In this document: positions 9,555 through 16,055 of the stretch, one piece after another
Layout of the letters: each line of letters opens with the position of its first letter
Numbering within the stretch: the first letter of the stretch is position 1
IMG/VR virus record: IMGVR_UViG_3300011466_000001
Coordinates: 1-42,448 of that record
From: a virus
DNA: 42,448 nt
Reading direction: 5' to 3' (one strand)
Translations under genes and position numbers: made by a program
The notes under the pieces: model-generated
Seen by the model: the letters and a program-made list of their open reading frames with translations, nothing else
The model's database searches: none
What the model was told of the DNA's origin: nothing

Positions 9555-9767
9555 CTATAAATATCTATTTAATCTTTCCGCAATATGCGGGTCACTCTTC
9601 CAACCATGCCCAACATATATAAGCCTATGCCGATCGATATACTCGTCACTAAATTGCCCATAGCATTCAAGCAACGTGTGCTTTGGTTTCAACTCCGCTT
9701 GTCGAATATTCTTATGCCTTAGTATTCCTACTGATAGTTGGATGTAATAGTAATGCATATCAGTCAC
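9555..9767 (-). CDS. Hypothetical protein
   Basis: 70-aa ORF with an ATGA overlap with the upstream gene. Confidence 0.45.
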   Translation of the reverse strand: MTDMHYYYIQLSVGILRHKNIRQAELKPKHTLLECYGQFSDEYIDRHRLIYVGHGWKSDPHIAERLNRYL

Positions 9768-10999
9768 CCCAACTCATAGATTACTTTCAGCTTGTCTGCT
9801 GAATACTCAAAGGCCTGTGTGCTCTTATAGTTCATTGTGTAGCCATTCTCCGACTCATACTGATCGTTAGGTTTTATTGTTCCTAACTGCCGATGAATAA
9901 CTCCTTTAAGGTTTTGGGCTTCCATTGAGTGATAATGCCCTTGGTGAATTTCAAGCCAACTACTCTTGCTCCATACGTCTCGAAACTCGGTAGCGAATAG
10001 CATAGGATAATCGCCCTTCTTGCCGAAGTGTCCATGAGTGAGCATAATGCCTACATTGTCTAGCTGATATGCAATCCTTGGTAGGTTGTGTTTGTTTACC
10101 GTTACTTGTGGATAGAGTGTTTCTAAGTACATTAGGAACAAATACTCAAAGTCACTGTGATTACCACTGGCAAATTCAATCCGCACCTCTGAGCTTTTTC
10201 TTAAAGATTCATCGATCAGCGTAATGAAGAATGTTTTAGCCAACTCAATTGCTTCGACCATATCTACATCTTCAAGTTGAGTACCTTTGATCGTTTGGCT
10301 TGCCTTCATAGCGTTTGAGTGAAAGATATCTCCCAACACTTCTATAACGATTGTCTTATAGCCTTTATTTATGATTGCTAATACATCGGATAGATAGGTT
10401 TCAAACTTTCGTTCCGACAAAATAGGGAAATGCAAATCAGCCAACGGTATGACTAGATTGCACTTCCCTTTGATAATTGGTTGAATTGTAATCGGTTTAG
10501 TACTTTGCAGCAATTTAGTTGCCAACGCTTGAATGCTAACTGCTGCCCTTGGCTTAACAACTATCTTTGATTGATAAAGCTGTATAAGTCCATCTAATTG
10601 GTTGTTCTGTTCCCAAATGTTGTTAGTCGCTTGGACCAGTTCCCAATTTTCGGGATCATATCCGTGTGCTTGTAAAACATAATCAGGATTCTTTGACTGC
10701 TCTTCAGTCATACGCAACTTGATAAGATTTGTCTGAGTACCATCTGATTTGATTTCTGTAGATACTACATTCTTCTTAGTCTTATCAGTTTGCTTAACAC
10801 GCATATTCTTTTCGCTCGGTGGCAACTTCAACCTAGCACGTTTACTTCTAACGCTTGGCCATGAAAACTCTTTGCCGAACTCCTCTGACAGCATAGGCGC
10901 TATCTCTATATTTGTTAGTCCTTCATTTGCCAATTCCGACAATCGTTTGACATGCTGTTCCGTCCATTTAGTTATGTCTGCCACCTCGCTTTTCTGCAA
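9764..10999 (-). CDS. Calcineurin-like metallophosphoesterase with an N-terminal HTH-like domain
   Basis: Ordered motifs DLH, GDIFH, GNHS, THGH and GHYH. The N-terminal ~60 aa look like a helix-turn-helix. Start is ambiguous: TTG at 10999 lies inside the upstream terminator U-tract, and GTG at 10984 is the alternative. Confidence 0.7.
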   Translation of the reverse strand: MQKSEVADITKWTEQHVKRLSELANEGLTNIEIAPMLSEEFGKEFSWPSVRSKRARLKLPPSEKNMRVKQTDKTKKNVVSTEIKSDGTQTNLIKLRMTEEQSKNPDYVLQAHGYDPENWELVQATNNIWEQNNQLDGLIQLYQSKIVVKPRAAVSIQALATKLLQSTKPITIQPIIKGKCNLVIPLADLHFPILSERKFETYLSDVLAIINKGYKTIVIEVLGDIFHSNAMKASQTIKGTQLEDVDMVEAIELAKTFFITLIDESLRKSSEVRIEFASGNHSDFEYLFLMYLETLYPQVTVNKHNLPRIAYQLDNVGIMLTHGHFGKKGDYPMLFATEFRDVWSKSSWLEIHQGHYHSMEAQNLKGVIHRQLGTIKPNDQYESENGYTMNYKSTQAFEYSADKLKVIYELG

Positions 11000-11026
11000 A
11001 ATAAAAAGCCACTCGTTATGAGTGAC
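10998..11026 (-). terminator. Intrinsic terminator closing the structured RNA region
   Basis: Minus strand: GUCACUC-auaac-GAGUGGC (7 bp, one G-U) followed by UUUUUAUUUUG. Confidence 0.65.
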
Positions 11027-11110
11027 TTGGATATGTACGTCCCCGCTTGGGCCACATTACTAAGAGGTGTGCGAGGTTTTACCAGTTTTTGGGATTACTG
11101 TGAACCCTAT

Positions 11111-11183
11111 TGGCGTGACCGGACTCGAACCGGTGCATTCTTGGGTATCGACCCCAACTGCTCTACCTCTGAGCTACACACCA
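11111..11183 (-). tRNA. Near-canonical tRNA-like gene (module C)
   Basis: Minus strand: acceptor UGGUGUG/CACGCCA, D arm GCUC-agaggua-GAGC, anticodon stem UUGGG/CCCAA with loop GUCGAUA, T arm ACCGG-UUCGAGU-CCGGU. There are 2 nt between the D and anticodon stems, and a 6-nt variable region. Confidence 0.45.
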
Positions 11184-11262
11184 ACTTGAGGGAGCTACCC
11201 TCTGCATGCATTGGGCAGGATGCGTATCACACTAGCTTTGTGCGAACAAATATCCTACCTAT

Positions 11263-11394
11263 GTCACTGGAGTGGCACCGCCCCACTCACGAACTGGTTC
11301 TTAAAACATTAGGAGCGAGAGTTTCAACACAGGTAGCTAATCTGATTATGCCAGTTCTATCTCGCCGTGCGTCTTCTACTTCCGCCACAGTGAC
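11263..11394 (-). ncRNA. tRNA-like module B (132 nt)
   Basis: Acceptor GUCACUG/CAGUGAC. Class-II (Leu-like) D arm UGGCGGAAGUAGAAGACGC. A 7-bp arm GGCGAGA/UCUCGCU encloses 39 nt. The T-like arm GAGUGG-ggcggug-CCACUC has a 6-bp stem and a non-canonical loop. Confidence 0.4.
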
Positions 11395-11501
11395 CGAAGC
11401 TTGGTGGTGTACAGATAGCACACTTACTACATTGCCGTATGTAGCACCGTATAGCTTCTTCACGATCTTTTTCGGTGATCGTAACCATCATAGGCATTTA
11501 A

Positions 11502-11605
11502 GTCACTGGCAAGGAATCGAACCTTGCATGTTGAGTTTCACTCCTTAGCAAGTGCACTTGCCTTCCCAACTAGGACTTAGCGTTTACCCTTTCCGCCACA
11601 GTGAC
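11502..11605 (-). ncRNA. tRNA-like module A (104 nt)
   Basis: Same acceptor GUCACUG/CAGUGAC. D arm GCG-gaaaggguaaa-CGC. T arm GCAAGG-UUCGAUU-CCUUGC has a canonical T loop but a 6-bp stem. The anticodon region is replaced by an irregular arm containing the palindrome GCAAGUGCACUUGC. Confidence 0.45.
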
Positions 11606-11717
11606 TATCGCCCACAGAATAATTTTTACGTATCAAAAGGAGGTTGAATGCCGTTGTGCTTGTGGGCGATATCTTACTAATACCATTATAATTCATTATT
11701 TCAATGGTTGCTGTTGC

Positions 11718-12131
11718 TTAATTGTTGCTTTTAGCCTTGATAACATAGTCTTTTTTGAATTGAACTTTTTTCAAAATGGCTGAATGATGTTTTCGGATAT
11801 ACTGGTACGTGTAACCAAGTTCATCTGCAATTTCTTGTAGGGTCAGCCCTTCAACATATTTCATACGCAATATGTGTTGCTCAATTCCTTTGAAAGAGTA
11901 AATAACCTTTCTCAGATCAAAGCGGTAATTCATTTGCACTGCCAGCTCATACTCCAAGTTATCTATAATATCCTCTAATTTACTAGCCTTCGATTCTTTT
12001 ACCAAAGAATATCTTCCCAAGTCATTGGGGTTCTTCCATCTATCAAGTTCTTCTTTGTATGTTTCAAGTTCCCAATCAAGCAAAGCAATTTTTTGTTCCC
12101 ACTCTTGATACTTACTCAGCCATTCGTACAA
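11718..12131 (-). CDS. Late-gene transcriptional activator (ArpU/RinA-like, sigma-70 region-4-type HTH)
   Basis: 137 aa. The C-terminal block ILRMKYVEGLTLQEIADELGYTYQYIRKHHSAILKK is sigma region-4-like. It sits upstream of the packaging genes. TTG start preceded by SD GAGGAGGG. Confidence 0.6.
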   Translation of the reverse strand: MYEWLSKYQEWEQKIALLDWELETYKEELDRWKNPNDLGRYSLVKESKASKLEDIIDNLEYELAVQMNYRFDLRKVIYSFKGIEQHILRMKYVEGLTLQEIADELGYTYQYIRKHHSAILKKVQFKKDYVIKAKSNN

Positions 12132-12230
12132 TCACTTGCCCTCCTCTTTATCTTCCTTACCAAAAATCACGCTTGCGACCACTGTCGCTATGACTGCAAG
12201 AAAAATCGCTACTGCAAATGTCATGGCCAT
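12132..12230 (-). CDS. Candidate 32-aa single-TM peptide
   Basis: MAMTFAVAIFLAVIATVVASVIFGKEDKEEGK. Its ATG overlaps the upstream stop. It is below the 60-aa ORF-track cutoff. Confidence 0.3.
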   Translation of the reverse strand: MAMTFAVAIFLAVIATVVASVIFGKEDKEEGK

Positions 12231-12430
12231 AAATAATCACCTCTATGACCAACTTTCGGGGTTTTCGGTTTTCTTCGACCTCTGAATCGCACTACTTCAT
12301 GATTCTGCTTTCGCTTGTACCCACTCCATAAAATAATTCTTGTGTGTTGCACTGGCAAATACCCATTGTGAGACCAATACTTCTCGTATGTTGATTCTGG
12401 TTCTTCTAAATATTGTGGTCTATACATCAT
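12221..12430 (-). CDS. Hypothetical basic protein
   Basis: 69-aa ORF directly abutting the stop of the upstream gene (12431). Confidence 0.45.
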   Translation of the reverse strand: MMYRPQYLEEPESTYEKYWSHNGYLPVQHTRIILWSGYKRKQNHEVVRFRGRRKPKTPKVGHRGDYLWP

Positions 12431-12643
12431 TCATCCTCCCGCTTCCATCGCTTCCCTAACTAACGGATCATTGATAATAATCTTGTACTTTATCTGCTCA
12501 TGCTGCAGCTGCTGTTCTAGCTTCACAATCTGCTTTTGCTGGTCAATTATTGTATAGGATAGCCAACTAAATGCAATCGAATATATAAGAAGCACAGATT
12601 TCTTCAAAATAAAACATGGATAATTATTAAAATTTAAACCCAT
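12431..12643 (-). CDS. Hypothetical membrane protein
   Basis: 70 aa starting at the ATG at 12643 (SD AAGAAGGTG). One hydrophobic segment followed by a Q-rich helix. Confidence 0.45.
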   Translation of the reverse strand: MGLNFNNYPCFILKKSVLLIYSIAFSWLSYTIIDQQKQIVKLEQQLQHEQIKYKIIINDPLVREAMEAGG

Positions 12644-12662
12644 GGATTTACACCTTCTTTGC

Positions 12663-12671
12663 TGATATAAT
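12663..12671 (+). promoter_or_regulatory. Extended -10 promoter element (TGaTATAAT) for the plus-strand moron
   Basis: tgatataat lies 24 nt upstream of the ATG at 12695. No good -35 element is visible. Confidence 0.45.
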
Positions 12672-12694
12672 TTTATAAAAAAAGAGGTACTCAA

Positions 12695-13498
12695 ATGTCA
12701 GATGAAAAAAAATCCCTAATTAATATTGAACTTATCCCAAAAGAGCTCATAACCAATATCTTTGGCCCTGCATCAAAATCTATCGGCGAAGGATTGGGAG
12801 GAATTGCTAACTATGTGATGGGACCTTTACGTAGGCTCAATATTACAAGCGAAAAATCTTTCCAAGATTTTGTTGACAAAATTAATACAAATACTGATGA
12901 AATACCACCTGAAAATAGAGATATTTCTAAACTCGGTCTGGCTTTGAAAACAATGGAAGATGCTAGATACCAACTTGAAAATGAAGAAATGCGTGAATAC
13001 TTTGCCAATCTTTTAGCGGGTTTAGTTGATAATAGAAAAAACAGTCAATCTTCACCCAGGTTTTCTATGATTTTGTCTGAATTGACCACAAAAGAAGCAA
13101 GACTACTTTCTGAATTTTATAATTTAAAAGGCATTCCTACAGAATCATTAAGAGTTCAGAAATCTAATGGAGATGGTGTGGACCTAATCGAAAATTTACT
13201 CTTAATTGATGAAAACAATTATGTTGATGAGAACTTAGCTATAAAAACTTTGCAATCATATGGACTAATTGACATCGCTCCTTCAGTTCTGCTTAAAGAT
13301 GAAAAAAAATTCGCACTTTATGACATTTTCGAAAATTCAAAGCAATTTTCAGATACCAAGGATCAGTTAATAGAAGATTTTCAGAATCATCCTTATTTTA
13401 TTGGAATTGATTTTGATATTATTAACTCTCGTGGTTCAATAACGATAACAGATTTAGGAGATATATTTTGTTCAATGATTTTCCCAGAAAAAGAGTAG
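12695..13498 (+). CDS. DUF4393 / Abi-alpha-like protein (candidate abortive-infection or exclusion moron)
   Basis: 267 aa on the opposite strand to all neighbours. The N-terminus (GPASKSIGEGLGGIANYVMGPLRR) and the block MREYFANLLAGLVDNRKNSQSSPRFSMILSELTTKEARLL match my recollection of DUF4393 signature regions. It has its own SD, promoter element and terminator. Confidence 0.55.
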   Translation: MSDEKKSLINIELIPKELITNIFGPASKSIGEGLGGIANYVMGPLRRLNITSEKSFQDFVDKINTNTDEIPPENRDISKLGLALKTMEDARYQLENEEMREYFANLLAGLVDNRKNSQSSPRFSMILSELTTKEARLLSEFYNLKGIPTESLRVQKSNGDGVDLIENLLLIDENNYVDENLAIKTLQSYGLIDIAPSVLLKDEKKFALYDIFENSKQFSDTKDQLIEDFQNHPYFIGIDFDIINSRGSITITDLGDIFCSMIFPEKE

Positions 13499-13615
13499 CT
13501 TTTTGTCTACTCTTTTTTCTATTTTTTCTAATTCTTTTGCAATTTCACTTGTATACCACCGATAGAAAATAATGTTAGTTAAACAAGTTATAATAAACGC
13601 CCCTATTAGATACAT
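13472..13615 (-). CDS. Candidate 47-aa membrane peptide
   Basis: MYLIGAFIITCLTNIIFYRWY.. SD GGAGGA lies 5 nt before the ATG. Its 3' end overlaps the convergent plus-strand gene by 27 nt and runs through the terminator, so it is uncertain. Confidence 0.3.
   Translation of the reverse strand: MYLIGAFIITCLTNIIFYRWYTSEIAKELEKIEKRVDKKLLFFWENH
13492..13520. terminator. Bidirectional intrinsic terminator
   Basis: AGAGUAG-cuuuuugu-CUACUCU is flanked by a T-run on the plus strand (ttttttct) and on the minus strand (tttttct). Confidence 0.65.
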
Positions 13616-13653
13616 AATGTTCCTCCATTCATTTAACGCTGACGATTGCGGAA

Positions 13654-13800
13654 TTACTTCTTCCTAATTTCATATTTCATTTCATTCGCATGAATCCACA
13701 TGGATGTCAGTAACCCGATGGAAATCGAAAGATCGGCGTTTCCTCCAAATAGGTATCTGTTAACTCCATATACAATGCATCCTCCAATAAAGGCTGCCAT
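13654..13800 (-). CDS. Candidate 48-aa small protein
   Basis: MAAFIGGCIVYGVNRYLFGG.. Its ATG overlaps the upstream TGA (TGATG). Confidence 0.4.
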   Translation of the reverse strand: MAAFIGGCIVYGVNRYLFGGNADLSISIGLLTSMWIHANEMKYEIRKK

Positions 13801-14009
13801 CACTCTTCCTCCTGTTCTAAAGCTCTGCCACATATTGGGCAGAAATTAACCGGCAGCCAAGACCGTTTCGTTTGTAACATTCCACCTGCGTACTCACGAT
13901 AATTTTCCACAAAGACCAAATTCCTATCAACTATCGTTGCGAATCTGCCTATGCTGTCGTATACAGTTGATTGTTTTTGCCCAGTGTTGCAAAGTCTGCA
14001 GTTTTCCAT
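13800..14009 (-). CDS. Small zinc-ribbon protein
   Basis: 69 aa with CRLC...CPIC. Start at the ATG at 14009, with AGGAGGAAGG upstream. Confidence 0.5.
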   Translation of the reverse strand: MENCRLCNTGQKQSTVYDSIGRFATIVDRNLVFVENYREYAGGMLQTKRSWLPVNFCPICGRALEQEEE

Positions 14010-14392
14010 TATCCTTCCTCCTGTTCCAAAGCCCATTTAGAAAATAATTCTAGGACTTCAAATTGCCCAAGGACTGTCAACTCACCGTATGCTTTGATAT
14101 AGGGTTTATCTTTTTCAATTCGTTTAAATTCTTCATAAGAACCCTTTCCCCAAGCGACATCAAATTGATAGTATAGTGAGTTAATGACTTCAAAAGGAAA
14201 CCAACAATTTTTCTTTCGATCTATCCAAGTTGATTTCAACCACTCCAACACAATCTGCTGATTCTTGTTGAGTTGCGGTTGCTCACATTTCTTTACAATT
14301 CTGAGCACGTCATAAGCAGTCATATTGTCTCCGTATATCTGGGCGTAACCTAATGCACGTTCAATTTCCTGTACTAATTCACTCACATTCAT
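14009..14392 (-). CDS. Hypothetical early protein
   Basis: 127-aa ORF. The conserved junction sequence lies at its start. Confidence 0.5.
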   Translation of the reverse strand: MNVSELVQEIERALGYAQIYGDNMTAYDVLRIVKKCEQPQLNKNQQIVLEWLKSTWIDRKKNCWFPFEVINSLYYQFDVAWGKGSYEEFKRIEKDKPYIKAYGELTVLGQFEVLELFSKWALEQEEG

Positions 14393-14410
14393 TCCTCGCT
14401 TTCTGCTATC

Positions 14411-14716
14411 TCATTTATTTAGAAACTCCTCAATCAAATTCGCGCTTCGATTTTTCCAGTTTATTTCTGTAATGTCTGTGTTTGTGATTATTTGGCAAGG
14501 AATTGCTTTAGGGTCACACTCGTTGACGTATCCCCAGCTTTCTAAATCCCTGTATTTTTTAGGTTTCAAAGAAAAAACCACAAGATGATCACCGTCTAAA
14601 TCACGAACAACATATCTAAAGCCGCGATCAAAATACTTTTTTAGTTCTTTAGTGGCATCTGTTCGGTTTTTCAGTCGTATATACTCATAAAGAGGATTTT
14701 CCCAATCCATTTTCAT
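14411..14716 (-). CDS. Hypothetical early protein
   Basis: 101-aa ORF. The conserved junction sequence lies at its start. Confidence 0.5.
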   Translation of the reverse strand: MKMDWENPLYEYIRLKNRTDATKELKKYFDRGFRYVVRDLDGDHLVVFSLKPKKYRDLESWGYVNECDPKAIPCQIITNTDITEINWKNRSANLIEEFLNK

Positions 14717-14982
14717 TCCTCGCTTTCTGCTATCTCGTCGATAAACTTTATTAAATCATGCGCGTATAGGGATATCGTTCCGTCATTCATTTCAACTACT
14801 GCGTAGAGATTTGACCTTTCTCCATACTCGTTAGCAGCATATTCGGATATCCATTGATGAAATTTTCCTTTTATTTCTGTGTCTGTGTACTCACGAGTAA
14901 CGCAATAAGGAGTATGGGTTGCAGCTGCATAGTCCCACTCTTCTTTTTTCTCACGAATGACTACTGGTCTAAGAATCATCAC
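14713..14982 (-). CDS. Hypothetical early protein
   Basis: 89-aa ORF with ATGA overlaps at both ends. Confidence 0.5.
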   Translation of the reverse strand: MMILRPVVIREKKEEWDYAAATHTPYCVTREYTDTEIKGKFHQWISEYAANEYGERSNLYAVVEMNDGTISLYAHDLIKFIDEIAESEE

Positions 14983-15194
14983 TCTTCCTCCTGTTCCTGC
15001 GCCAAGGCCATCAAAGAGCCTAATAATGCGTTAAATCCGTTTCGAGAAAATTTCATAGTAATAATTTGAACTTTCCTTTTTCTTGTAGGGAAAGCACGAG
15101 CCGTCACTTGATAACTTCCACTCTCTAATTTTTCGACATTGATTACTTTTTCAATGTATTCACTCTCTGGTAGAGCTGAATTCTCTATTTGCAT
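14979..15194 (-). CDS. Hypothetical early protein
   Basis: 71 aa starting at the ATG at 15194 (GGGGGA upstream). The longer version starts at a TTG with no SD. Confidence 0.45.
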   Translation of the reverse strand: MQIENSALPESEYIEKVINVEKLESGSYQVTARAFPTRKRKVQIITMKFSRNGFNALLGSLMALAQEQEEE

Positions 15195-15233
15195 AACTAT
15201 TCCCCCTAGTTGTTTATTTCGTCGGATTATCAA

Positions 15234-15512
15234 CTAAACTACCTGAGCAAGTCCGTCAAACGACCCATCTCCGTTTTCCCAAACCTCAATTTGAAAAACA
15301 GCACCATTTTCTAATTTCTGCTTCAATTTGTAATATCCATCAACAAGTTCTTCAACTTCCTCAATATCTTCTGTCGCATAAATTTTTTCATGTTCAAGAT
15401 TATTTTGTTTTAAGTAATCAACGTAGTGCGATCCCCAAGATTCATCTAAAAATTTCGTATAGGCATGAGATAGAGAATTAGCGCTGAACTCTTTATTTTC
15501 GTAATTAAACAT
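15234..15512 (-). CDS. Hypothetical strongly acidic protein
   Basis: 92 aa. Hand count gives 19 D/E against 7 K/R. Confidence 0.5.
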   Translation of the reverse strand: MFNYENKEFSANSLSHAYTKFLDESWGSHYVDYLKQNNLEHEKIYATEDIEEVEELVDGYYKLKQKLENGAVFQIEVWENGDGSFDGLAQVV

Positions 15513-15561
15513 TAAATATTCCTCTTTTCTTAGTCGTGTATCTCTTCCGATTACAAACTCC

Positions 15562-15864
15562 TTATTCCAAAAATTTCAGCACTTCATCTGTTATGAAACT
15601 GAATCGTTCCTGGTGAAGATTCTTCTTCCATCCTGTTTTGAGATTTAGCCAGTTCATTTCATTTTTTATTTTTTCTGATTCTTCTATGCACAATTCAGCT
15701 TGACTCACTGACTGCCAATACCTTTGAGTTGTATGCTGCGGAGTCAACGCCAATTCCTGAATCGTTTTATCGCACTTTTGTTTTCTTTTCATATACATTT
15801 TCAGATTTCTAGTTTGTTCTTTTAAAATTACAATTTGATATTTCAAGATAAAATCATCATTCAT
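15562..15864 (-). CDS. Hypothetical early protein
   Basis: 100-aa ORF. Confidence 0.45.
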   Translation of the reverse strand: MNDDFILKYQIVILKEQTRNLKMYMKRKQKCDKTIQELALTPQHTTQRYWQSVSQAELCIEESEKIKNEMNWLNLKTGWKKNLHQERFSFITDEVLKFLE

Positions 15865-15869
15865 TCGTC

Positions 15870-16055
15870 TTAGTCCACCTGCTCAAATAAAATGGCGTAA
15901 TCATCAATATCAAGCTTTTCAGCAATTTCTTGAACTGTGGTCAAAGTCACGCCTGCTTTCTTTCTGTATGCAATCATCTGCGTCTTGGTTAGCAGAACAT
16001 TCTTATTCCCCAAATGCCAAGCAACGTTTTTCCAGAAAACATCAACAATGTTCAT
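15870..16055 (-). CDS. Hypothetical small protein (possible HTH)
   Basis: 61-aa ORF overlapping the next gene's start. Confidence 0.45.
   Translation of the reverse strand: MNIVDVFWKNVAWHLGNKNVLLTKTQMIAYRKKAGVTLTTVQEIAEKLDIDDYAILFEQVD

Larger units (their letters stand above)
11027..11717 (-). ncRNA. Large structured non-coding region with three tRNA-like modules (candidate ornate ncRNA)
   Basis: No minus-strand ORF of 60 aa or more. G+C is much higher than in flanking sequence: 34/60 in 11101..11160 against 17/60 in 12701..12760, by hand count. Many helices are visible. It is bounded by the late-activator stop and an intrinsic terminator. Confidence 0.45.

Noticed and set aside
10952-11548. 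198-aa plus-strand ORF, the largest ORF in the 11-kb region
   Set aside because: It runs antisense through the tRNA-like modules and the terminator and has no SD. Its openness is explained by the G+C-rich structured RNA on the other strand. The protein looks like low-information sequence.
11630-11680. Perfect plus-strand SD (aaaaggagg) followed by ATG at 11648 and a 10-codon ORF (MPLCLWAISY)
   Set aside because: It is too short. It lies in the loop of the 10-bp helix of the minus-strand structured region. The SD-like run is equally explained as a CCUCC element in the RNA. I kept it only as a note.
11027-11717. Retron msr/msd, DGR template repeat or group I/II intron as the explanation for the structured region
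   Set aside because: No reverse transcriptase, intron-encoded protein or homing endonuclease gene exists anywhere in the genome. I saw no target/template repeat pair. The visible modules are tRNA-like rather than intron-like.
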